In this document: positions 9,301 to 19,200 of the stretch, piece after piece
Layout: each line of letters begins with the position of its first letter
Position numbering within the stretch: the first letter of the stretch is position 1
From: an uncultured archaeon
Lineage (GTDB): Archaea > Thermoplasmatota > Penumbrarchaeia > JASLWR01
Length of the DNA: 59,958 nt
Reading direction: 5' to 3'
Assembly (NCBI GenBank): GCA_964342815.1
Contig: CAYFHS010000023.1
Coordinates: 1-59,958, forward strand
Made by a program: the position numbers and the translations under genes
The notes under the pieces: generated by a model
Seen by the model: the letters and a program-made list of their open reading frames with translations, nothing else
Database searches by the model: none
What the model was told of the DNA's origin: nothing

Positions 9301-10251
9301 AAATATCTTCGACCAGGCACTGGGATGACCGGGAGTGATTCCATTATTAAGATGGCCGCCCGCTCCCATAAGGCCCCAAATTCCGATTCCATTGGAATTA
9401 TATCCCACGTCATAGAGGTCAGGAAGCCCCAGATCGTGACCGAATTCGTGACATATCACACCCGTGATGTTCGAATTGTAATAACCGTCCTGATTCTGAG
9501 TCTCCGGAACCACACTTATTTCCTTAATAGTAACCCCGTCATCGGTGGATATGGTATGACCCAGTATTGCCCACATCTGATATTCACCAATATGATTGGA
9601 CCAGATATCATTGGGAGAATCATCCCACATATCCGACTCTTCACCGGAACCGGCATGGATGACTATGAATTTGCCGTACTGGTTGAAATCGACATCGGGA
9701 TCGGCTTTCTTGACTGCGTCATTCACCAGGTTTACATTCCTTTCCACGGAATTGTCGTTAGCTCCGTAATATTTCATTTCATGGTCCAGGGTATAAACAT
9801 TTTCCGTGACCTCAGCTTCCAGTTTGAACTCTCCGTAAGATATCTCATCGAAATATGATTCCATCCTTCCGAAAATCGAGTTGAAATAGCCAATGCCGTG
9901 CTCGGGCATCATGGTCCCATCACCCGTGGTGGTGGTATCGTTATCCGTCTGGAACTGGACTCGGATACATAAAAGGGTAAAGTCGCCCCTGGTATCAGCA
10001 CTTCGGCTTCTTTTGGGTTGGTTGGACTGACCCCCCAGGCCTTTCACCCCTGAAAAGGCCGGATCGGAATCAAGATTGTTTCTCTTTCCGGGAACGGGCG
10101 GACATTTGTTAATTGAGGTAGGATTGGAAACTCCACTGAATTCGGTCATATCCTCACCACCCGCCATTCCATGGTTAACTTGACTAATAGCCGGTGCGAG
10201 CATCATTGCAACCAATAATACAATAAGCGATCTTTTAAAAAAATTAAACAT
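6334..10251 (-). CDS. Membrane-anchored M6 family (immune inhibitor A-like) zinc metalloprotease with NEW3-like Ig repeats
   Basis: Signal peptide; HEFGHDLGLPDLYD zinc motif; WGLMGAGG Met-turn; HPSAWSKIFLGW; YFLIENR; repeated V.N.GN..D/E.. Ig modules; C-terminal TM then RRKK. SD AGGTGA upstream. Confidence 0.9.
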   Translation of the reverse strand: MFNFFKRSLIVLLVAMMLAPAISQVNHGMAGGEDMTEFSGVSNPTSINKCPPVPGKRNNLDSDPAFSGVKGLGGQSNQPKRSRSADTRGDFTLLCIRVQFQTDNDTTTTGDGTMMPEHGIGYFNSIFGRMESYFDEISYGEFKLEAEVTENVYTLDHEMKYYGANDNSVERNVNLVNDAVKKADPDVDFNQYGKFIVIHAGSGEESDMWDDSPNDIWSNHIGEYQMWAILGHTISTDDGVTIKEISVVPETQNQDGYYNSNITGVICHEFGHDLGLPDLYDVGYNSNGIGIWGLMGAGGHLNNGITPGHPSAWSKIFLGWADPIEITTNMETVTIRNVEHYPDIYKIIIPHTGGKQYFLIENRARTGFDRYLPAGGLLIWHIDESVLYQNLGGGFTRIDANNVNTDPSRKGVDVEEASGTQDLDVIGNYNSGDRYDPWYNDDEGFTPSSLPNSSDYSNRKTEIHITSISRTSNTMTFSVTVEERKIFLTGPQENSSVEPPGDTAVFDLNLVTNRDTQGDTSDWITLSSEGQNHQWVTFKENPVKVPLKNTQFVTQVYVTVPESAYYLDRAQITISASSNDSTTASETVFLNVSADKITGFSLDPVDDFNILPGPANETIVNLWLNNTGNGEEIYYVSSSWSDDDWFAILNGEYMFSLSLDYVDYLVQGRVKTDLRNAFGDNGAEIENDAKLSDENGIWILRDDPDEYRIEVTDTALEIFNMNHKTVEPYSKARVSLRLYAPWDSLSGDQCIFTIKMTHRADKVTVSFNVTILQIYGVSITPDHTESIARPHLPIIYNFEVMNRGNGQDNVSLKLSGKKAGWNITYEPRYLVLAAGTSAIARVTIFTHDLAPPKDEFVFSMIATSASGKKAETAHCTVTVEEYDEMAVHLLAVNATLKSGQKSVKLDIRLENRGSSDDRYSVVTLEKPTGFSTTVTNYPAGDIPIDAYGVKFLVFQITMTGVKEAGTYSFYIGINSKNNASKLSTFTLNVTVEPVISIIATPDSEMRNVRAGRKVTFYVDIENTANTLVTASLIQKNIPSDIDIDMAPDEPLILRIGKKETIAVEVSTLPGISPGVKTLSFIITLEEGGDEYLLDLNVRVDADPAKVEPTDETPSSSSNLKLVLGIIGLLLVLVLTGVMFFLLRRKKGRDKVPVEEKSPDEGILIGPKKEELGDTVEIYSDFTVETDEGNKIDVENGISTPALPPGETESQGPQVSPPVIVRKTSPIPDSSSLVHRGESTALRSENASSPVAKLGEGAGVSPIRRSAHAPAGSPSLDKSPLALCGESTESPTPKKVRIVKRIDADK

Positions 10252-10430
10252 TTGAATTCACCTGTCTGTCCATATCGAAATAATATACTTCATATCTGTT
10301 ATGATATACTTATACGAATAATCTAGTGGGACCGATTATATCTGTAAGGATAGTAATGGAATAAACGCTATATTATTCTTTTCAAGAATTACCCCCCAGT
10401 GGATAAGAGAAATAAAAATAACCGCTTCCC

Positions 10431-11681
10431 TCAAATACCCAAACGCTTCCTCACATCCATCATATCAGGCATTATGGGTTCAGGCATCTCAAAGAGCCCC
10501 TCTACCTGACCCAGGTCCTTGAAGCCATGCCCCGTGACCTCGACCACTACTGTCTCATCCCTGGATATCACACCCAAATCCACCAATTCAAGCATCCCCG
10601 CAAGAGATGCCGTTCCTGTTGGTTCCGCAAAGATTCCCTCATACCTCGCCAGCAGCTTCTGGGCTTCTACTATTGGTTCGTCCTCAACTCCATGGGCTAC
10701 ACCGCCGTTCTTCTCCATGGCCATAAGAACCCGTTCTCCGTCCCAGGTGAAAGGATCTGCCAAACCGGCAGCGATGGTTCGGGGTTCCTTCCAGGTCTCG
10801 ATGGGTAAGTTCTCCCGGAAAGCTGTCACCAGAGGGGCGCAGCCGGCTCCCTGGACCGCATGCATCTCCGGAAGTTCATCCACAATATCAAGCTCCATGT
10901 ACTCTGAGAAAGCGTTATGATTGCCAAGGTACAGACCGCCGCCTCCCAGTGGAATGACCAGGTGGTCAGGTACTATTTCTTCAGCAATCTCAAAACCGAT
11001 TGTCTTAGCCCCCTCCATCTGGTAGGGATTCAGGTGACCGAAACTGGGGATGGGATGGAAACCCAGCTCTTTGTAGCACATTGTAAGCATCTCAACGGTG
11101 GGATCGCCCAGATAATCCTCTGGCCGGCCAACTGGTATTACCTCAGCACCGTACAGGAGCAGCTGAGCCACCTTGGACCGTGGTGCATCCGCCGGAACAA
11201 AGGCCACGCATCGGATATTGGCCTTAGCTGAACCTGCGGCAAGGGAATTTGCCGCATTACCGGAAGATGCGGAGGCTACGGTTGTGGCTCCAAACTCCAA
11301 TGCACGGTTGAGGCCGACATTTATGGGGCGGTCCTTGAACGAGCCCGTGGGATTGTTGATCTCGTTCTTCAGAAATAAACCGGGTATGCCTAGCTGCTGA
11401 CCCAGGTTTCTGGCGTGAACCAGAGGCGTGTTTCCTTCTCCAAGGTGCACCAATCTCTTTCGATCCAGCAGCGGCAGGAACTCGAAATACCTTTCTATGG
11501 ACGGGATATTCTTCTCCCGACGGCCAAGGATTTCCTTCCGGGTCAAATGGATATCATCCAGGTTCATCTGTACAATAACCTTGCTTCCGCACGCACATTG
11601 ATAAACCAGGTCCTTCGAGGGATATTCAGTCCCGCAGGAAGGGCAGGTATGCCTGAATTTCTCGCTGCCGTCCGATCCCAT
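10431..11681 (-). CDS. thrC: Threonine synthase (PLP fold II)
   Basis: LGEGNTPL, NPTGSFKDR (PLP Lys), ASSGNAA, EGAKTIGFEIAE, GIFAEPTG; N-terminal CPSC...CAC knuckle. Start placed at ATG 11681 behind an AGGTG SD. Confidence 0.85.
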   Translation of the reverse strand: MGSDGSEKFRHTCPSCGTEYPSKDLVYQCACGSKVIVQMNLDDIHLTRKEILGRREKNIPSIERYFEFLPLLDRKRLVHLGEGNTPLVHARNLGQQLGIPGLFLKNEINNPTGSFKDRPINVGLNRALEFGATTVASASSGNAANSLAAGSAKANIRCVAFVPADAPRSKVAQLLLYGAEVIPVGRPEDYLGDPTVEMLTMCYKELGFHPIPSFGHLNPYQMEGAKTIGFEIAEEIVPDHLVIPLGGGGLYLGNHNAFSEYMELDIVDELPEMHAVQGAGCAPLVTAFRENLPIETWKEPRTIAAGLADPFTWDGERVLMAMEKNGGVAHGVEDEPIVEAQKLLARYEGIFAEPTGTASLAGMLELVDLGVISRDETVVVEVTGHGFKDLGQVEGLFEMPEPIMPDMMDVRKRLGI

Positions 11682-11690
11682 ATGACACAC

Positions 11691-14447
11691 CTAGAGCCTG
11701 TTCCCGATAGCCTTCACGTAGATCTCATCCACAGCAAGTATCAGAGAAGACATGATTATTATTGCCAACCAGTCAAGACCTCCCAGAGGAACCGTATGGA
11801 ACAGGTCCTGAAGGAAGGGAACATAAACGACGCATATCTGTAGTATCAGGGAGAACGAGACCGCCCATAGTATGTACTTGTTCGAGAAAAATCCTTTTTT
11901 GAAGATAGATTCTTCATCCGACCTGCAGTTGAATACGTTGAATAACTGAAATAAAACGAAAATGGTAAATGCCATTGTCTGGGCTTTTCCCGTACTGTAT
12001 CCAGCAGCTTTGCTCCCGAAAAAGATATAAAGGGTTCCAATGCTCATGAACAAACCCAAAAGGATTACCGAAGCCAGCATCTTCTTCGAGATTATCCCTT
12101 TCTTCGGATCGATTGGTGGTCTTTCCATTACATTACCTTTCGTGGGCTCCATGGCAAGGGCAAGGGCCGGTGGCCCGTCCATAATTATGTTTATCCACAG
12201 TATCTGAGCAGGCATGAGAGGAAGGTCCTTTGAGAAAAGGGTCGCTATGACTATCACAAGGATGGCCCCCACGCTTGTTGAAAACTGGTATCTGATAAAA
12301 CGTCGAATATTATTATAGATCCTTCTACCGCCCTCGATTGCTCTTTCGATGGTTCCGAAGTTATCGTCGGTCAGGATCATGTCAGAGGCTTCCTTTGCCA
12401 CATCGGTCCCTGTGATGCCCATGGATATTCCTATATCGGCCTTGGTCAGCGCCGGGGCGTCGTTAACACCATCCCCGGTCATGGCTACTACATGCCCTTT
12501 CTTTTTAAGTGCGGAGATCACCGAAAGCTTGTGAGCCGGTACGGCCATTGCGAAAACCCGTATACGCTCGACCCTTTTTTCAAGTTCTTTTGTGCTCATC
12601 TTTTCCAGTTCGGGTCCTGTTAGAACTTCATTGCTTTTTGTAATAATCCCCAGCTCTTTAGCTATTGTGACGGCAGTGGGTTTCTGATCCCCGGTTATCA
12701 TCACAACCCTAACGCCCGCTTTCTTGCATAATCTAACCGCTTCTTTTGTGGCTTTTCTCGGTGGATCGATCATACCAACAAGACCGAGAAAAACGATGTC
12801 TTTTTCCATTTCGTCTCGATCGTGGAAATGGATGAATTGATAGGGTGAGGGCGCGTCAGAAACATCCAACTTTTTGTAAGCTAATGCAAGTACACGCATA
12901 GCTTCTCCGGCCATTTTGTTATTCATCCGGATCATTTTTTTCTTGTGGTTTCCACCGAATGATGTTATCTTCCCTTTATGGGATATTTTGCTGCATCGTC
13001 CCGTGACCACAGAAGGCGCTCCCTTAACGAACAGATAAAAATCGTTATCGATTCGATGTACTACCGACATCCTTTTCAGAGCACTGTCAAATGTGAATTC
13101 CTTTACTCTCTCGTACCGTTTTCTTTCATCGAGATCGACCCCTCCTTTAATTCCAAGCACCAGCAGTGCGTTCTCGGTGGAATCCCCTATGGGTTTTGAA
13201 TCATTCTCTTCACCAGTGACCGAATTGTTGCACAGAATACATGCTCTGAGGATGCTTGCGAGGGTTTTACTGTCGCTTACGTTCAGAGCTTTTCCGTCGT
13301 CAATAAATTTACCGGTCGTGTCATATCCCTCCCCGGTAACGGAAATGAACTTGTCGTCGAAATACAACTTTCTAGCCGTCATTTCGTTCCGGGTAAGAGT
13401 TCCCGTCTTGTCGGTGCATATAACCGTGGTGCCGCCAAGGGTTTCAACGCTTGGAATGTTGCGGATTATGGCGTTCTTCCTGGCCATTTCCTTGATCCCG
13501 ATTGCCAGCGTTACGATCACGATCACAGGCAATCCCTCGGGAATGACCGCAACCGCCAGGCTGATGCTGACCAACAATAATTGATTGATAGTAGCGATTT
13601 CACTGATGGAGGACCAGTGAGTTATTAAATTGATTATGAGAACAATAAAGCAAACAATGCCGGCATAGAGTGCGATCTGTTTCCCCAGTTTATCAAGCCT
13701 TTTCTGCAAGGGCGTCATCTCGCTCTCAGATGATTGGACGAGAGTTGCGATCTTGCCTATTTCCGTTTTCATTCCGGTCCGCACAACCACGGCTTTACCG
13801 TTCCCACCGGTGACGATGGTTGTGGAAAACAGCATGTTCTTCTGCTTGGACAGAGGCAACTCCTCTATGTAGGCCACAACATCTTTGGACACCGACACCG
13901 ATTCACCGGTAAGAGCGGATTCATCCACTCGCAGGTTATTGGCATCCATAAGATAGGCATCTGCAGGGACCTTCACCCCCTCTTCCACGATGATTACATC
14001 CCCCGGAACCAGCTCTTCCGCTGGGATCTCTTCCTCCGTCCCATCTCTTTGAACACGGGCTCTGGGATTCGACATCTGTTTAAGAGCGTCCATGGCCTTT
14101 TCCGCGCGAAATTCCTGGAAAAAACCTACTATGGCATTGATGGTAATAACCACTAGGATCACAATGGTGTCGCTGAGCTTGACCAGCAGGGAACCTTCAT
14201 CCGAATTAAGTCCGATCCATGCTGAAAGACCGGCCGCAATGAGCAATATAATAATTAGAATCCCCTTGAACTGTTCGAGGAATTTAATGATCAAAGACTT
14301 TTTTTTCACTTCGGCAAGCCTATTGGGTCCGTATCTTTTCAGCCTTTTCCTTGCTTCTTCCTGGCTCAGACCCTTTGCCGATGTCTCAAGATCCTTCAGG
14401 GTCAGGAATAAACCCTTACGATACCATTGATCTTCTTCGAAACCCAA
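11691..14447 (-). CDS. P-type cation-transporting ATPase, P2A (Ca2+-type)
   Basis: TGES, IPEGL, DKTGTLT, KGAP, MITGD, GDGVNDAPAL motifs; QILWINIIMDGPPALAL in M6. Confidence 0.95.
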   Translation of the reverse strand: MGFEEDQWYRKGLFLTLKDLETSAKGLSQEEARKRLKRYGPNRLAEVKKKSLIIKFLEQFKGILIIILLIAAGLSAWIGLNSDEGSLLVKLSDTIVILVVITINAIVGFFQEFRAEKAMDALKQMSNPRARVQRDGTEEEIPAEELVPGDVIIVEEGVKVPADAYLMDANNLRVDESALTGESVSVSKDVVAYIEELPLSKQKNMLFSTTIVTGGNGKAVVVRTGMKTEIGKIATLVQSSESEMTPLQKRLDKLGKQIALYAGIVCFIVLIINLITHWSSISEIATINQLLLVSISLAVAVIPEGLPVIVIVTLAIGIKEMARKNAIIRNIPSVETLGGTTVICTDKTGTLTRNEMTARKLYFDDKFISVTGEGYDTTGKFIDDGKALNVSDSKTLASILRACILCNNSVTGEENDSKPIGDSTENALLVLGIKGGVDLDERKRYERVKEFTFDSALKRMSVVHRIDNDFYLFVKGAPSVVTGRCSKISHKGKITSFGGNHKKKMIRMNNKMAGEAMRVLALAYKKLDVSDAPSPYQFIHFHDRDEMEKDIVFLGLVGMIDPPRKATKEAVRLCKKAGVRVVMITGDQKPTAVTIAKELGIITKSNEVLTGPELEKMSTKELEKRVERIRVFAMAVPAHKLSVISALKKKGHVVAMTGDGVNDAPALTKADIGISMGITGTDVAKEASDMILTDDNFGTIERAIEGGRRIYNNIRRFIRYQFSTSVGAILVIVIATLFSKDLPLMPAQILWINIIMDGPPALALAMEPTKGNVMERPPIDPKKGIISKKMLASVILLGLFMSIGTLYIFFGSKAAGYSTGKAQTMAFTIFVLFQLFNVFNCRSDEESIFKKGFFSNKYILWAVSFSLILQICVVYVPFLQDLFHTVPLGGLDWLAIIIMSSLILAVDEIYVKAIGNRL

Positions 14448-14540
14448 TATTTCACCCTTTTATTGACAGGTCATTAATACCCTATGTGACAGGCTGTCTG
14501 CTGTGTCTACACCAGTGATCATAAAATAAAATAATAAGAT

Positions 14541-14873
14541 CTAGGCCATCTCTTCTATTACCCCAATTATGTCCTTTATCATTTCCTTTATCTTATGGTT
14601 TGAAATCTCGGAGATCTTGCTGACTCTCCCGTCTACACCTCTATGCCTTATCCGGAGCTTGTTTCCCTCCACGAACGGGGGTTTCAAAAAAGAAACTCTG
14701 ACTGTCCCCTGGTTGTCCGGTACGTGAATATCCACATACTTTGGCCTCCATTTGAAGACCTTGTCCTTTTCGAGAGCGATGTATATACTCTGATTGGCAG
14801 GAAGTTCCTGACCGCAAAAAAAGCAGACGTCGGCATTATCAAGATTCTCTTTACTGCATTTGGGACAATACAT
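14541..14873 (-). CDS. Zinc-ribbon domain protein
   Basis: MYCPKCSKENLDNADVCFFCGQEL N-terminal CxxC-x10-CxxC; 110 aa. Confidence 0.75.
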   Translation of the reverse strand: MYCPKCSKENLDNADVCFFCGQELPANQSIYIALEKDKVFKWRPKYVDIHVPDNQGTVRVSFLKPPFVEGNKLRIRHRGVDGRVSKISEISNHKIKEMIKDIIGVIEEMA

Positions 14874-15039
14874 CGAAGCCGCATGGAAATATCCATATAA
14901 AAAACTAACCGAAAAATCCCTTATTAATAAATTAATATGGCAATCTTCACGGGTGTATTCCCGAACGCTTGAATTTGATTATTCGGCGCAAATTATATTT
15001 AGCAGATCAATTGTAATATTTAAAAAAAAGGTGTGGGAA

Positions 15040-15639
15040 ATGTATGACCTGAAAGACGGTAGAACTGCCATCGCAATTGCGAGAGCTGAACTTGACCGAT
15101 ACTTTGGGATCGGTAAAATCGAGCTTGAAAATATTCCAGAGAAATTTTCGGTGAAGTCCGGTGTCTTCGTCACCCTGAGCCGTTATCCTTCGAAGGAACT
15201 AAGAGGATGCATAGGATATGTGATGCCCGTTATGAAACTGAAAAAAGCCATCCGTGACAATGCATTGAATGCCGCTCTTGAGGACCCGCGCTTCCCTTCT
15301 TTGAAAAAGGAGGAGCTCGAGAAAATTGTGATGGAGGTATCGCTTCTCACGGTTCCTGAAAAGATGAAATATTCCTCACCCGAAGAACTGCTTAAGGGGA
15401 TACAGATAGGAAAGGACGGCCTCATTGTGGAAAAATCCTTTAACAAAGGACTTCTGCTGCCCCAGGTTCCGGTGGAATGGGGGTGGGACGTTGAGGAGTT
15501 TCTGTCCCATACCTGTATGAAAGCCGGCCTTCCCTCGGAAACGTGGAGGAAGGGGCGGGTGACCATAAAAAAGTTTTCTGCTGCTGTGTTCTCCGAGAAA
15601 TCCCCGAGAGGGGAGGTCGTGAAAAAGGAACTCTTATGA
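15040..15639 (+). CDS. AMMECR1 / TIGR00296 family protein
   Basis: GVFVTL, LRGCIG, ALEDPRF, EVSLLT, IGKDGLIV, GLLLPQVPVEWGWD, CMKAGL. Start moved from 14860 to ATG 15040 behind an AGGTG SD. Confidence 0.92.
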   Translation: MYDLKDGRTAIAIARAELDRYFGIGKIELENIPEKFSVKSGVFVTLSRYPSKELRGCIGYVMPVMKLKKAIRDNALNAALEDPRFPSLKKEELEKIVMEVSLLTVPEKMKYSSPEELLKGIQIGKDGLIVEKSFNKGLLLPQVPVEWGWDVEEFLSHTCMKAGLPSETWRKGRVTIKKFSAAVFSEKSPRGEVVKKELL

Positions 15640-15651
15640 GGGTGCGATCCA

Positions 15652-16251
15652 TTGTCAATAACACAACCGATCCTGGACATTTTCCTAGTACTTCCCAGCT
15701 GGCTATCCACCATTATGATAGCCATGCTTCCAATTTTCGAGCTTCGGGGTTCGATCCCGGTTGCCATTGGCGTACTGAAATTACCTTGGTGGGAGTCATA
15801 TTTATATTCGGTTATCGGGAACATGATCCCCGTTCCTTTCATACTTCTGTTATCCGATCCGGTGGTTCGGTTTTTCAGTCGTTTCAAATACAGCAAGAAG
15901 TTTTTTGATTTTATCCTTGAAAAAACACGGAAAAGAACGGGAAAGAAGATCCAACGCTACCAGTCGCTGGCACTCGTGCTTTTCGTGGCAATTCCACTAC
16001 CGGTGACGGGAGCATGGACCGGCGCCATCGCAGCCTGGCTTTTCGAAATTGAATTCAAAAAAGCAATTACATGCGTATTTATAGGAATATTAATCGCAGG
16101 CGCAGTGGTGACTGCGGTGTATCACTCGGCCAAATTCCTGCTGGAGTACTCGATGCTGGGTTTCGTGGGGACCATCATACTCCTGGTGATTTTCTATATC
16201 GGATACCGACTATTGACCAAACGGACCAACGGTACGGACCATGACAAATAA
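15652..16251 (+). CDS. COG2426 'small multi-drug export' family membrane protein
   Basis: AMLPIFELRGSIPVA, IGNMIPVPFILL, LFVAIPLPVTGAWTGAIAAWL family motifs. Confidence 0.88.
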   Translation: MSITQPILDIFLVLPSWLSTIMIAMLPIFELRGSIPVAIGVLKLPWWESYLYSVIGNMIPVPFILLLSDPVVRFFSRFKYSKKFFDFILEKTRKRTGKKIQRYQSLALVLFVAIPLPVTGAWTGAIAAWLFEIEFKKAITCVFIGILIAGAVVTAVYHSAKFLLEYSMLGFVGTIILLVIFYIGYRLLTKRTNGTDHDK

Positions 16252-19200
16252 GCGACAATATCTTAATATAACGAATAACTTTATTATGAATGGTGTTGAA
16301 ATGAACAAAATGAATGAATTACCGTTAAACAGGTTTATCGCATTCTTGACCGTCTTTTTTTTCATATTTCCGTGCATTCCAATTTTATTTGACACATCGG
16401 CAGTTGCAGAAAATAGGGCTGAACCCTTACCGCCCATACAAAACCCCGCTGGAGCCGTTTTGGAAAATAACGAGTATTTCGAATGGGTCGATTACTCCGT
16501 CCGGGATACCGATGACGACGGAAGGAACGATACCGTGAAGATATCCTTTGGCGTGCTTACCGAGGGAATTACAGAGAGGGTGCGGGTCAACTTGACTGTA
16601 AGAAACATGACCGGAGATATTGTAAAAAAGGACATGATGGAATTCATCGCCCGCAGGCGCGGTGCGAACCTGACGGACACCAATTTTCAGTACAAGGTCG
16701 GCAGTACGGGCATCTATAATTTCAATCTCACACTTCACGATACAACCCATAACAAGGTAGAAGATCACAGCAACAGGACCAACGTGAGCCTTTATTTCAA
16801 CAGCCGCAGGTATTCAATGTCATTGTCGGCCATTGTGGACGATTTCAATGGTAACGGAACGCCAAACGACGTTCTCGTAATTTGCACCGATGAGGAGTCT
16901 CTACCGGTAATTAACGCCAGCATTCACATCGATGGAACATACATGGGAGGGACAGACCAAAGAGGTAAACTTTACATTTATAATCTATCGGGGCAGCACC
17001 ACGAGGCAGATGCTTTCTATTCGGATTACCACGCGAATACGGATTTCGACATCTCTCAGCCCATACCGGACCTGCTCCTGGTGGATCCGGAACCTATGGA
17101 TATTGACGGGGACAGCTATCACGACGACCTCCGGGTATATGTGAGATTGCCGGACTCGACACCTGCGGTTGGAGCAATCGTACAGATCGGTGGGTCGTAC
17201 ATCGGTATCACTGGGATAGAAGGATGGGCACAGTTCGAGAATATCAGCATGGGTGATTACAGCGTCCGTGTTTCATATCAAACCCCGCAGAGGGCGATCA
17301 TTTATTACTCGTATTTTTATGCAGAGGGACCCCCGATAACCCAGTATGATATGAATTTTTATTACATATACGCCAATGTCATCAATGCGGACGGCGGCAG
17401 TTCCAATAACGATCTCGAGATATACTGTGACGTGGATATCAGCGATGGTGTTACCGCATTTGTAAATATAAATGCAACCGTATTCAACCAGGGGGCTGAA
17501 AAAATTGCGTTTGCCAACACGAGTTATACGGCAACAGGTTGGGAGTTCGATGACCAAAACATATATTTTTACAACCTCTCGGAAGAGTATCACACTCTGC
17601 GGTACGAGCTTTTCGATCATAACTGGACCCTTCGCGACGTCAGAACCCAAACGGATGTGACCATTTACGGTAACGACACACCCATTAACGTGGACAAAAT
17701 GGTAGATGATCTCGACGGTGGGGGTACATTGAACGATGTATTGTTCTATGCGCACTTGAAGTATCAGAATGAAGTAAATGCTACCATAAAGATATTTTTC
17801 CAGTCGAACGATACCGAATTCAACTCCACAACAACAGATATGTGGGGGATGGCATGGTTCGATAATCTACCCGAGGGAGAATATTATTTCAAAGCATATA
17901 GGGTTGTAGGGGGACTCGCCGAATATGGTAATTTTACCATATACAACCGCTTTCCGCAAACCTTTCAAACTATGGAGCATCTGAGAGATCAAACCGGGGA
18001 CGGATTTCACGACGATTTTGTGATCTATGCTTACGACGACCAGGGGCGGCCGGACATCTTGACACAGGTGACAATTTATGAGAAAGAGAGCGGTTATATT
18101 ATCAGGCAAGGATGGACCAGGGGAAATTTACTGGGACCGGGATTCTTCATCGCCGAGAACCTGTATACCGGTGATTACACCTTTACTGCAGTCCATGTAG
18201 GGCCAGTGTTCGAGAAAAACATCTCATCCGGAATATTTCATTCCTACCATGATTGGCATTACTACTACATGCCGCTGTTCATGGATGTTGAGGTCTTTGA
18301 CGGGAATAACTCGGGGTATAGGGATGATGTGCTGATAAAAGTAAACGATTCAGATGGCCAACCCACGAATCGAAGCTCCGTAGGTATTTTCAACTATTAT
18401 GACTACAAACAAAAATATACTAACGAAAGCGGTGAGGTGATCTTCTACGATCTTCCTGGTGGAGAATATAATATCTATGCGGTCAATCATCACACCGACC
18501 CACCCATGAGTGGTGAATCTTCCTTTATTTCAAATGGTCCGGTTGCCATAAGGTTCGGTTATTTTTCTCAATATATTCAGAGCCGTGACGAAGATTTTCG
18601 CAGAAACGATGTTTCAATTGCGGGTCCCGTTTATTCCAGCGCGGACGGCTGGGAGAACATCACCGTGCTTATGAACATGACATATGAATCCAATGGAACG
18701 GTTCACTCGTTTGAAAATCGTACGTTCACGGGCGTCGGACAGAACTGGATGGTGTACCACTTTAAAGATATTGAATATGATGAATATTCGGTAACCCTGA
18801 CTCTTTTTGACGGGAATCATACTCAAATTTCAATAAAGAATTTCACAAATCTTTTGGTATATGAAGCAAAACCGGTCCTTAATAGCTACGCCGTATTAAT
18901 GAGCAAGAGCTTATTTTACCTGAGGGCTACATATGTTGGCGAAAGCTTCTTTCGATCCACTTACGAGCTGTACAATTCCACAGGTCTCATAAATCGTACA
19001 GGTGGGGTCGAGCGTAAAAGTTTCGGAGGTTTATTTCCCGATGAATACTGGTGGAACATAACGGAGGAATCCCGCAACCTGACCGATCACGGTGAGTTGT
19101 TGATCGATGGCAATTACACCTTTTCTTCTTATTTGGGAGATTATGATAATGATGGTTATTATGATGACTTTTATTTGTACCTTAGTTACACGAATTACAC

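Noticed and set aside
11679-11693. In-frame TAG between the ATPase and thrC, as possible pyrrolysine/amber readthrough fusion
   Set aside because: Both proteins are full-length on their own, thrC has its own AGGTG SD and ATG, and no pyl genes are visible; the shared frame is best explained by translational coupling.
15746-15758. GGGGTTCGATCCC resembling a tRNA T-arm
   Set aside because: It lies inside a conserved coding motif (ELRGSIP) of the COG2426 gene, with no acceptor, D or anticodon arms.
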